Source: the human T2T-CHM13v2.0 reference genome, Homo sapiens. Taken from it: a DNA stretch of 64,000 nt. The stretch lies in assembly GCF_009914755.1 (NCBI RefSeq), contig NC_060943.1. The stretch is one strand, 5' to 3'. Each line of letters starts with the position of its first letter. The first letter of the stretch is position 1. This document shows, one piece after another, positions 1 to 12,511 of the stretch. The translations under genes and the position numbers were made by a program. Under the pieces are notes generated by a model. The model saw nothing but the letters and a program-made list of their open reading frames with translations, searched no databases and was not told the DNA's origin.

Positions 1-3000
1 TATCTTCACGTAAAAAGTAGATAGAGGCATTCTCAGAAACTTTTTTGTGACATGTAGATTCAACTCACAGCGTTGAACCTTTCTTTTGATAGAGCAGTTT
101 TGAAAAACTCTTTTATCGAATCTGCAAGTAGACATTTGGAGTGCTTTGAGGGCTGTGGTGCAAAAGGAAATGTCTTCCCATAGAAACTAGACTGAAGCCT
201 TCTCAGCAACTTCTTTGTGACGTTTGCATTCATCTCACAGTGTTGAACATGCCTTTCCCTAGAGTAGTTTTGAAACACTATTTTTGTAGAATCTGCAAGT
301 GGACATTTGGACTGCTTTGAGGCCTTCATCGGAAACGGGAATATCTTCACATAAACACTAGACAGAAGCATTCTCAGAAACTTCTTTGTGATCTGTCCAT
401 TCAACTCACAGAGTTGAACCCTCCTTTTTATGGAGCAGTTTTGAAACACTGTTTTTGGAGAATCTGCAAGTGGATATTTGGAGCGCTTTGAGGCCTATGG
501 TAGAAAAAGAAATATCTGCCCCTAAAAACTAGACAGAAGCATTCTGAGAAACTTCTTTGTGATGGTTGCATGCAACTACAAGAGTTGAACCTTCCTTTTG
601 ATAGGGCAGTTTGGAAACACTCTTTTTGTAGAATCTGCATGTGGATATCTGGAGCGATTTGAGGCCTATGGTCAAAAAGGAAATATTTTCCTGGGAAAAA
701 TAGACGAAAGCATTCTCAGAAACTGCTTTGTGATATGTGCATTCGACTCAGCGAGTTGAAACTTTTTTTTGATAGAGCAGTTTTGAAACACTCTGTAGAA
801 TCTGAAAGTGGATATTTGGAGCTCTTTGAGGGCTATGGCGGAAAAGAAATTATATTCACATGAAACTAGACAGCGGCATTCTCAGAAACTTCTTTAGGAT
901 GTTTGCAGTAAACTCACAGAGTGGAACCTACCTTTCCGTAGAGCAGTTTTGAAACACTCTGTTTGTGGGATCCGCAAGTGGATATTTGGACCGCTTTGAG
1001 ACCTTTGCTGGAAATGGGAATATCTTCACATATAAACTAGACAGAAGCATTCTCAGAAACTTCTTCGTCACGTGTGCATTCTACTCCCAGCTTTGAATCT
1101 TCCTTCTCATGAAGCAGTTTTGAAAGACTCTATTTGTGCAATCTACAATTGGATAATTGGAACGCTTTGATGCCCATGGTAGAGAAGGAAATATCCTCAT
1201 ATAAAAACTAGACAGAAGGATTCACAGAAAATGCTTTGTGATGTGTGCATTCAAATCACGGAGTTGAATCTTTCTTTTGTTAGAGCAGTTTTGAAACACT
1301 GTTTCTGTGGAATCTCCCAGGGGACACTTGGAGCGCTTTGAGGGCTACGGTGGAGAAGGAAATATCTTCTCATAAAAACTAGAAAGAAGCATTCTCGGAA
1401 ACATTTATGTGAAGCGTGCATTCAACTCACAGAGTTGAACCTTCCTTTTGATGGAACAGTTTTGAAACACTCTTTTGAACAATTGCAGGTGAATCTTTGG
1501 AGCGCTTTGAAGCCTTTGTTGGAAATGGGAATATCTTCACACACAAACTAGCCAGAAGCATTCTCAGAAACTTCTTTGTGATGTGTGCGTTTAACCCAGG
1601 GAGATGAACCTTTCCTTTGATAGAGCAGTTTTGAAACGTGTTTTTGTAAGATCTGCAAGCGGATAATTTGCCTCGCTTTGTGTCCTTTGGTGGAAACGGG
1701 AATATCTTCTAATAAAAACTAGACAGAAATATTCTCAGAATCTTATTTGTGATGTAGGCATTCCACTAACACAGTTGAAGATTTCTTTTCATAGAGTAGT
1801 TTTGAAACACTCTTTTGGTAGAATCTGCCAGTGGATATTTGGAGCGCTTTGAGGGCTATTGTGCCAATGGAAATATCTTCCCCTGAAAACTAGACAGAAG
1901 CATTCTCAGAAACTACTTTGTGATGTTTGCATTCAACTCACAGAGTTGAACATACCTCTTCATAGAGCACTTTTGGAAACCTCTTTTTGTAGAATCTGCA
2001 AGTGGATATTCGGACCACTTTGAGGCCTTCATAGGAAACGGTAATATCTTCACATAAAAACTAGATAGAAGCATTGTCAGAAAGTTCTTTGTGATGTGTG
2101 AATTCAACTCACAGAGTTGAACCTTCCATTAATAGAGCAGTTTTGAAACACTCTTTTTCTAGAATCTGCAAGTAGATATTTGGAGCGCTTTGAGGCCTTC
2201 GTTGGAAACCGGAATATCTTCACATAAAAAGTAGATAGAGGCATTCTCAGAAACTTTTTTGTGATATGTAGATTCATCTCACAGCGTTGAACCTTTCTTT
2301 TGATAGAGTAGTTTGGAAAAACTCTTTTATCGAATCTGCAAGTATACATTTGGAGTGCTTTGAGGGCTGTGGTGCAAAAGGAAATGTCTTCCCATAGAAA
2401 CTAGACTGAAGCATTCTCAGCAACTTCTTCGTGAGGTTTGCATTCATCTCACAGTGTTGAGCATACCTTTCCACAGAGTAGTTTTGAAACACTATTTTTG
2501 TAGAATTTGCAACTGGATATTTGGACTGCTTTGAGGCCTTCATCGGAAACGGGAATATCTTCACATAAACACTAGACAGAAGCATTCTCAGAAACTTCTT
2601 TGTGATCTGTCCATTCAACTCACAGAGTTGAACCTTCCTTTTTATGGAGCAGCTTTGAAACACTGTTTTTGGAGAATCTGCAAGTGGATATTCGGAGCGG
2701 TTTGAGGCCTATGGTAGAAAAAGAAACATCTGCATCTAAAAACTAGACTGAAGCATTCTGAGAAACTTCTTTGTGATGTTTGCATTCAACTAGCAGAGTT
2801 GAACCTTCCTTTTGATAGGGCAGTTTGGAAACACTTTTTTGTAGAATCTGCATGTGGATATCTGGAGCGATTTGAGGCCTACGGTCAAAAAGGAAATATC
2901 TTCCTGGGAAAAATAGACGAAAGCATTCTCAGAAACTGCTTTGTGATATATGCATTCGAATCACCGAGTTGAAACTTTTTTTTCATAGAGCAGTTTTGAA

Positions 3001-4860
3001 ACACTCTGTAGATTCTGAAAGTGGCTATTTGGAGGTCTTTGAGGGCTATGGCGGAAAAGAAAATATATTCACATTAAACTAGACAGCGGCATTCTCAGAA
3101 ACTTCTTTAGGATGTCTGCAGTAAACTCACAGAGTTGAACCTACCTTTCCGTAGAGCAGTTTTGAAACACTCTGTTTGTGGGATCCACAAGGGGATATTT
3201 GGACCGCTTTGAGACCTTTGCTGGAAATGGGAATATCTTCACATATAAACTAGACAGAAGCATTCTAAGAAACTTCTTCTTGATGTGTGCATTCTACTCC
3301 CGAATTTGAATCTTCCTTCTCATGAAGCAGTTTTGAAACACTCTATTTGCGCAATCTACAATTGGATAATTGGAACGCTTTGATGCCCATGGTAGAAAAG
3401 AAAATATCCTCATATAAAAACTAGACAGAAAGATTCACAGAAAATGCTTTGTGATGTGTGCATTCGAATCACGCAGTTGAATCTTTCTTTTCTTAGAGCA
3501 GTTTTGAAACACTGTTTCTGTGGAATCTGCCAGCGGACACTTGGAGCGCTTTGAGGGCTATGGTGGAGAAGGAAATATCTTCCCATAAAAACTAGAAAGA
3601 AGCATTCTCGGAAACATTTATGTGAAGCGTGCATTCAACTCACAGAGTTGAACCTTCCTTTTGATAGAACAGTTTTGAAACACTCTTTTGAACAATTGCA
3701 GGTGAATCTTTGGAGCGCTTTGAAGCCTTTGTTGGAAATGGGAATATCTTCACACACAAACTAGCCAGAAGCATTCTCAGAAACTTCTTTGTGATGTGTG
3801 CGTTGAACCCAGACAGATGAACCTTTCCTTTGATTAGAGCAGTTTTGAAACGTGTTTTTGTAAGATCTGCAAGCGGATAATTGGCTTCGCTTTGTGTCCT
3901 TTGGTGGAAACGGGAATATCTTCTAATAAAAAGTAGACAGAAATATTCTCAGAATCTTCTTTGTGATGTGGGCATTCAACAAACACAGTTGAACATTTCT
4001 TTTCACAGAGCAGTTTTGAAACACTCTTTTGGTAGAATCTGCCAGTGGATATTTGGAGCGCTTTGAGGGCTATTGTGCCAATGGAAATATCTGCCCCTAA
4101 AAACTAGACAGAAGCATTCTCAGAAACTGCTCTGTGATGTTTGCATTCAACTCACAGAGTTGAACATACCTCTTCATAGAGCACTTTTGGAAACCTCTTT
4201 TTGTAGAATCTGCAAGGGGATATTCGGACCACTTTGAGGCCTTCATAGGAAACAGTAATATCTTCACATAAAAACTAGATAGAAGCATTGTCAGAAAGTT
4301 CTTTGGGATGTGTGAATTCAACTTACAGAGTTGAACCTTCCTTTAATAGAGCAGTTTTGAAACACTCTTTTTCTAGAATCTGCAAGTAGATATTTGGAGC
4401 GCTTTGAGGCCTTCGTTGGAAAACGGAATATCTTCACATAAAAAGTAGATAGAGGCATTCTCAGAAACTTTTTTGTGATATGTAGATTCAACTCACAGCG
4501 TTGAACCTTTCTTTTGATAGAGCAGTTTGGAAAAACTCTTTTATCGAATCTGCAAGTAGACATTTGGAGTGCTTTGAGGGCTCTGGTGCAAAAGGAAATG
4601 TCTTCCCATAGAAACTAGACTGAAGCATTCTCAGCAACTTCTTCGTGAGGTTTGCATTCATCTCACAGTGTTGAACAAACCTTTCCATAGAGTAGTTTTG
4701 AAACACTATTTTTGTAGAATCTGCAACTGGATATTTGGACTGCTTTGAGGCCTTCATCGGAAACGGGAATATCTTCACATAAACACTAGACAGAAGCATT
4801 CTCAGAAACTTCTTTGTGATCTGTCCATTCAACTCACAGAGTTGAACCTTCCTTTTTATG
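1..4860 (+). repeat. Diverged 13-mer HOR copies (edge layer 1)
   Basis: The 2214-bp period is kept, but there are many private substitutions and 1-bp indels (e.g. gcagtttttgaaa ~780, tgattagagc ~3834). Core markers (ttggatggagc, aatcggcaag, aaaaccagac, cattccgag) are absent. Confidence 0.8.
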
Positions 4861-7800
4861 GAGCAGTTTTGAAACACTGTTCTTGGAGAATCTGCAAGTG
4901 GATATTTGGAGCGCTTAGAGGCCTGTGGTAGAAAAAGAAATATCTGCCTCTAAAAACTAGACAGAAGCATTCTGAGAAACTTCTTTGTGATGTTTGCATT
5001 CAACTAGCAGAGTTGAACCTTCCTTTTGATAGGGCAGTTTGGAAACACTCTTTTGTAGAATCTGCATGTGGATATCTGGAGCGATTTGAGGCCTACGGTC
5101 AAAAAGGAAATATCTTCCTGGGAAAAATAGACGAAAGCATTCTCAGAAACTGCTTTGTGACATGTGCATTCGACTCACCGTGTTGAAACTTTTTTTTGAT
5201 AGAGCAGTTTTGAAACACTCTGTAGAATCTGAAAGTGGATATTTGGAGCTCTTTGAGGGCTATGGCGGAAAAGAAAATATATTCACATTAAACTAGACAG
5301 CAGCATTCTCAGAGACTTCTTTAGGATGTTTGCAGTAAACTCACAGAGTTGAACATACCTTTCGGTAGAGCAGTTTTGAAACACTGTTTGTGGGATCCGC
5401 AAGTGGATATTTGGACCGCTTTGAGACCTTTGCTGGAAATGGGAATATCTTCACATATAAACTAGACGGAAGCATTTTCAGAAACTTCTTCGTGATGTGT
5501 GCATTCTACTCCCAAATTTGAATCTTCCTTCTCATGAAGCAGTTTTGAAACACTCTGTTTGTGCAATCCACAATTGGATAATTGGAAAGCTTTGATGCCC
5601 ATGGTAGAAAAGGAAATATCCTCATATAAAAACTAGACAGAAGGATTCAGAGAAAATGCTTTGTGATGTGTGCATTCAAATCACGGAGGTGAATCTTTGT
5701 TTTCTTAGAGCAGTTTTGAAACACTGTTTCTGTGGAATCTGCCAGCGGACACTTGGAGTGCTTTGAGGGCTATGGTGGAGAAGGAAATGTCTTCACATAA
5801 AAACTAGAAAGAAGCATTCTCGGAAACCTTTATGTGAAGCGTGCATTCAACTCACAGAGTTGAACCTTCGTTTTGATAGAACAGTTTTGAAACTCTCTTT
5901 TGAAGAATTGCAGGTGAATATTTGGAGCGCTTTGAAGCCTTTGTTGGAAATGAGAATATCTTCACACACAAAAGAGCCAGAAGCATTCTCAGAAACTTCT
6001 TCGTGATGTGTGCGTTGAACCCAGAGAGATGAACCTTTCCTTCGATAGAGCAGTTTTAAAACGTGCTTTTGTAAGTTCTGCAAGCGCATAATTGGCTTCG
6101 CTTTGTGTCCTTTGGTGGAAACGGGAATATCTTCCAATAAAAACTAGACAGAAATATTCTCAGTATCTTCTTTGTGATGTGGGCATTCAACTAACACAGT
6201 TGAACATCTCTTTTCACAGACCAGTTTTGAAACACTCTTTTGGTAGGATCTGCCAGTGGATATTTGGAGCGCTTTGAGGGCTATTGTGCCAATGGAAATA
6301 TCTGCACCTAAAAACTAGACAGAAGCATTCTCAGAAATTACTTTGTGATGTTTGCATTCAACTCACAGATTTGAACATACCTCCTCATAGAGCAGTTTTG
6401 AAAACATCTTTTTGTAGAATCTGCAAGTGGATATTCGGACCACTTTGAGGCCTTCATAGGAAACAGTAATATCTTCACAGAAAAACTAGATAGAAGCATT
6501 GTCAGAAAGTTCTTTGTGATGTGTGAATTCAACTCACAGATTTGAACCTTCCTTTAATAGAGCAGTTTTGAAACACACTTTTTCTAGAATCTGCAAGTAG
6601 ATATTTGGAGCGCTTTGTGGCCTTCGTTGGAAACCGGAATATCTTCACAGGAAAAGTAGATAGAGGCATTCTCAGAAACTTTTTTGTGATATGTAGATTC
6701 CACTCACAGCGTTGAACCTTTCTTTTGATAGAGCAGTTTTGAAAAACTCTTTTATCGAATCTGCAAGTAGACATTTGGGGTGCTTTGAGGGCTGTGGTGC
6801 AAAAGGAAATGTCTTCCCATAGAAACTAGACTGAAGCATTCTCAGCAACTTCTTTGTGACGTTTGCATTCATCTCACAGTGTTGAACATACCTTTCCATA
6901 GAGTAGTTTTCAAACACTATTTTTGTAGAATCTGCAAGTGGATATTTGGACTGCTTTGAGGCCTTCATCGGAAACGTGAATATCTTCACATAACCACTAG
7001 AGAGAAGCAATCTCAGAAACTTCTTTGTGATCTGTCCATTCAACTCACAGAGTTGAACCTTCCTTTTTATGGAGCAGTTTTGAAACACTGTTCTTGGAGA
7101 ATCTGCAAGTGGATATTTGGAGCGCTTTGAGGCCTGTGGTAGAAAAAGAAATATCTGCCTCTAAAAACTAGACAGAAGCATTCTGAGAAACTTCTTTGTG
7201 ATGTTTGCATTCAACTAGCAGAGTTGAACCTTCCTTTTGATAGGGCAGATTGGAAACACTCTTTTTGTAGAATCTGCATGTGGATATCTGGAGCGATTTG
7301 AGGCCTACGGTCAAAAAGGAAATATCTTCCTGGGAAAAATAGACGAAAGCATTCTCAGAAACTGCTTTGTGATATGTGCATTCGACTCACCGAGTTGAAA
7401 TTTTTTTTGATAGAGCAGTTTTGAAACACTCTGTAGAATCTGAAAGTGGATATTTGGAGCTCTTTGAGGGCTATGGCGGAAAAGAAAATATATTCACATT
7501 AAAGTAGACAGCAGCATTCTCAGAAACTTCTTTAGGATGTTTGCAGTAAACTCACAGAGTTGAACATACCTTTCCGTAGAGCAGTTTTGAAACACTCTGT
7601 TTGTGGGATCCGCAAGTGGATATTTGGACCGCTTTGAGACCTTTGCTGGAAATGGGAATATCTTCACATATAAACTAGACAGAAGCATTCTCAGAAACTT
7701 CTTCGTGATGTGTGCATTCTACTCCCAAATTTGAATCTTCCTTCTCATGAAGCAGTTTTGAAACACTCTGTTTGTGCAATCTACAATTGGACAATTGGAA

Positions 7801-8371
7801 CGCTTTGATGCCCATGGTAGAAAAGGAAATATCCTCATATAAAAACTAGACAGAAGGATTCACAGAAAATGCTTTGTGATGTGTTCATTCAAATCACGGT
7901 GTTGAATCTTATTTTGTTAGAGCAGTTTTGAAACACTGTTTCTGTGGAATCTGCCAGCAGACACTTGGAGCGCTTTGAGGGCTATGGTGGAGAAGGAAAT
8001 ATCTTCACATAAAAACTAGAAAGAAGCATTCTCATAAACATTTATGTGAAGCGTGCATTCAACTCACAGAGTTGAACCTTCGTTTTGATAGAACAGTTTG
8101 GAAACACTCTTTTGAACAATTGCAGGTGAATCTTTGGAGCGCTTTGAAGCCTTTGTTGGAAATGGGAATATCTTCACACACAAACTAGCCAGAAGCATTC
8201 TCAGAAACTTCTTTGTGATGTGTGCGTTGAATCCAGAGAGATGAACCTTTCCTTTGATAGAGCAGTTTTGAAACGTGTTTTTGTAAGATCTGCAAACGGA
8301 TAATTGACTTCGCCTTGTGTCCTTTGGTGGAAACGGGAATATCTTCTAATAAAAACTAGACAGAAATATTC

Positions 8372-8430
8372 TCAGAATCTTCTTTGTGATGTGGGCATTA
8401 AACTCACAGATTTGAACCTTCCTTTAATAG
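8372..8430 (+). repeat. Hybrid-monomer junction of 11-mer HOR variant (2 monomers deleted), copy 1
   Basis: gaatcttctttgtgatgtgggcatt (monomer 12 start) runs directly into aaactcacagatttgaaccttcctttaatag (monomer 1 body). The gtgccaatgg and cataggaaacagta monomer segments and the EcoRI site are missing. Confidence 0.93.
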
Positions 8431-11400
8431 AGCAGTTTTGAAACACACTTTTTCTAGAATCTGCAAGTAGATATTTGGAGCGCTTTGAGGCCTTCGTTGG
8501 AAACCGGAATATCTTCACAGGAAAAGTAGATAGAGGCATTCTCAGAAACTTTTTTGTGATATGTAGATTCCACTCACAGCGTTGAACCTTTCTTTTGATA
8601 GAGCAGTTTTGAAAAATTCTTTTATCGAATCTGCAAGTAGACATTTGGGGTGCTTTGAGGGCTGTGGTGCAAAAGGAAATGTCTTCCCATGGAAACTAGA
8701 CTGAAACATTCTCAGCAACTTCTTTGTGACGTTTGCATTCATCTCACAGCATTGAACATACCTTTCCAAAGAGTAGTTTTGAAACACTATTTTTGTAGAA
8801 TCTGCAAGTGGATATTTGGACTGCTTTGAGGCCTTCATCGGAAACGGGAATATCTTCACATAAACACTAGAGAGAAGCATTCTCAGAAACTTCTTTGTGA
8901 TCTGTCCATTCAACTCACAGAGTTGAACCTTCCTTTTTATGGAGCAGTTTTGAAACACTGTTCTTGGAGAATCTGCAAGTGGATATTTGGAGCGCTTTGA
9001 GGCCTGTGGTAGAAAAAGAAATATCTGCCTCTAAAAACTAGACAGAAGCATTCTGAGAAACTTCTTTGTGATGTTTGCATTCAACTAGCAGAGTTGAACC
9101 TTCCTTTTGATAGGGCAGTTTGGAAACACCCTTTTGTAGAATCTGCATGTGGATATCTGGAGCGATTTGAGGCCTACGGTCAAAAAGGAAATATCTTCCT
9201 GGGAAAAATAGACGAAAGCATTCTCAGAAACTGCTTTGTGACATGTGCATTCGACTCACCGTGTTGAAACTGTTTTTCGATAGAGCAGTTTTGAAACACT
9301 CTGTAGAATCTGAAAGTGGATATTTGGAGCTCTTTGAGGGCTATGGCGGAAAAGAAAATATATTCACATTAAAGTAGACAGCAGCATTCTCAGAAACTTC
9401 TTTAGGATGTTTGCAGTAAACTCACAGAGTTGAACATACCTTTCGGTAGAGCAGTTTTGAAACACTGTTTGTGGGATCCGCAAGTGGATATTTGCACCGC
9501 TTTGAGACCTTTGCTGGAAATGGGAATATCTTCACATATAAACTAGACGGAAGCATTTTCAGAAACTTCTTCGTGATGTGTGCATTCTACTCCCAAATTT
9601 GAATCTTCCTTCTCATGAAGCAGTTTTGAAACACTCTGTTTGTGCAATCCACAATTGGATAATTGGAAAGCTTTGATGCCCATGGTAGAAAAGGAAATAT
9701 CCTCATATAAAAACTAGACAGAAGGATTCACAGAAAATGCTTTGTGATGTGTGCATTCAAATCACGGAGGTGAATCTTTGTTTTCTTAGAGCAGTTTTGA
9801 AACACTGTTTCTGTGGAATCTGCCAGCGGACACTTGGAGCGCTTTGAGGGCTATGGTGGAGAAGGAAATGTCTTCACATAAAAACTAGAAAGAAGCATTC
9901 TCGGAAACCTTTATGTGAAGCGTGCATTCAACTCACAGAGTTGAACCTTCGTTTTGATAGAACAGTTTTGAAACTCTCTTTTGAAGAATTGTAGGTGAAT
10001 ATTTGGAGCGCTTTGAAGCCATTGTTGGAAATGAGAATATCTTCACACACAAAATAGCCAGAAGCATTCTCAGAAACTTCTTCGTGATGTGTGCGTTGAA
10101 CCCAGAGAGATGAACCTTTCCTTCGATAGAGCAGTTTTAAAACGTGCTTTTGTAAGATCTGCAAGCGCATAATTGGCTTCGCTTTGTGTCCTTTGGTGGA
10201 AACGGGAATATCTTCCAATAAAAACTAGACAGAAATATTCTCAGTATCTTCTTTGTGATGTGGGCATTCAACTAACACAGTTGAACATCTCTTTTCACAG
10301 ACCAGTTTTGAAACACTCTTTTGGTAGGATCTGCCAGTGGATATTTGGAGCGCTTTGAGGGCTATTGTGCCAATGGAAATATCTGCACCTAAAAACTAGA
10401 CAGAAGCATTCTCAGAAATTACTTTGTGATGTTTGCATTCAACTCACAGATTTGAACATACCTCCTCATAGAGCAGTTTTGAAAACATCTTTTTGTAGAA
10501 TCTGCAAGTGGATATTCGGACCACTTTGAGGCCTTCATAGGAAACAGTAATATCTTCACAGAAAAACTAGATAGAAGGATTGTCAGAAAGTTCTTTGTGA
10601 TGTGTGAATTCAACTCACAGATTTGAACCTTCCTTTAATAGAGCAGTTTTGAAACACACTTTTTCTAGAATCTGCAAGTAGATATTTGGAGCGCTTTGAG
10701 GCCTTCGTTGGAAACCGGAATATCTTCACAGGAAAAGTAGATAGAGGCATTCTCAGAAACTTTTTTGTGATATGTTGATTCCACTCACAGCGTTGAACCT
10801 TTCTTTTGATAGAGCAGTTTTGAAAAACTCTTTTATCGAATCTGCAGGTAGACATTTGGGGTGCTTTGAGGGCTGTGGTGCAAAAGGAAATGTCTTCCCA
10901 TAGAAACTAGACTGAAGCATTCTCAGCAACTTCTTTGTGACGTTTGCATTCATCTCACAGTGTTGAACATACCTTTCCATAGAGTAGTTTTCAAACACTA
11001 TTTTTGTAGAATCTGCAAGTGGATATTTGGACTGCTTTGAGGCCTTCATCGGAAACGGGAATATCTTCACATCAACACTAGAGAGAAGCAATCTCAGAAA
11101 CTTCTTTGTGATCTGTCCATTCAACTCACAGAGTTAAACCTTCCTTTTTATGGAGCAGTTTTGAAACACTGTTCTTGGAGAATCTGCAAGTGGATATTTG
11201 GAGCGCTTTGAGGCCTGTGGTAGAAAAAGAAATATCTACCTCTAAAAACTAGACAGAAGCATTCTGAGAAACTTCTTTGTGATGTTTGCATTCAACTAGC
11301 AGAGTTGAACCTTCCTTTTGATAGGGCAGTTTGGAAACACTCTTTTTGTAGAATCTGCATGTGGATATCTGGAGCGATTTGAGGCCTACGGTCAAAAAGG

Positions 11401-12452
11401 AAATATCTTCCTGGGAAAAATAGACGAAAGCATTCTCAGAAACTGCTTTGTGATATGTGCATTCGACTCACCGAGTTGAAATTTTTTTTGATAGAGCAGT
11501 TTTGAAACACTCTGTAGAATCTGAAAGTGGATATTTGGAGCTCTTTGAGGGCTATGGCGGCAAAGAAACTATATTCACATTAAAGTAGACAGCAGCATTC
11601 TCAGAAACTTCTTTAGGATGTTTGCAGTAAACTCACAGAGTTGAACATACCTTTCCGTAGAGCAGTTTTGAAACACTCTGTTTGTGGGATCCGCAAGTGG
11701 ATATTTGGACCGCTTTGAGACCTTTGCTGGAAATGGGAATATCTTCACATATAAACTAGACAGAAGCATTCTCAGAAACTTCTTCGTGATGTGTGCATTC
11801 TACTCCCAAATTTGAATCTTCCTTCTCATGAAGCAGTTTTGAAACACTCTGTTTGTGCAATCTACAATTGGATAATTGGAACGCTTTGATGCCCATGGTA
11901 GAAAAGGAAATATCCTCATATAAAAACTAGACAGAAGGATTCACAGAAAATGCTTTGTGATGTGTGCATTCAAATCACGGTGTTGAATCTTATTTTGTTA
12001 GAGCAGTTTTGAAACACTGTTTCTGTGGAATCTGCCCGCGGACACTTGGAGCGCTTTGAGGGCTATGGTGGAGAAGGGAATATCTTCCCATAAAAACTAG
12101 AAAGAAGCATTCTCAGAAACATTTATGTGAAGCGTGCATTCAACTCACAGAGTTGAACCTTCGTTTTGATAGAACAGTTTGGAAACACTCTTTTGAACAA
12201 TTGCAGGTGAATCTTTGGAGCGCTTTGAAGCCTTTGTTGGAAATGGGAATATCTTCACACACAAACTAGCCAGAAGCATTCTCAGAAACTTCTTTGTGAT
12301 GTGTGCGTTGAATCCAGAGAGATGAACCTTTCCTTTGATAGAGCAGTTTTGAAACGTGTTTTTGTAAGATCTGCAAACGGATAATTGACTTCGCCTTGTG
12401 TCCTTTGGTGGAAACGGGAATATCTTCTAATAAAAACTAGACAGAAATATTC

Positions 12453-12511
12453 TCAGAATCTTCTTTGTGATGTGGGCATTAAACTCACAGATTTGAACCT
12501 TCCTTTAATAG
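12453..12511 (+). repeat. Hybrid-monomer junction of 11-mer HOR variant, copy 2
   Basis: Same junction sequence (gtgggcattaaactcacagatttgaacc) exactly 4081 bp downstream of copy 1. Confidence 0.93.

Noticed and set aside
4411-4427. Apparent CENP-B boxes CTTCGTTGGAAAACGGA (4411) and CTTCGTTGGAAAGCGGA (~19210)
   Set aside because: CGG is shifted by one base and there is no CGGG at the required positions, so neither matches the 9-base core.
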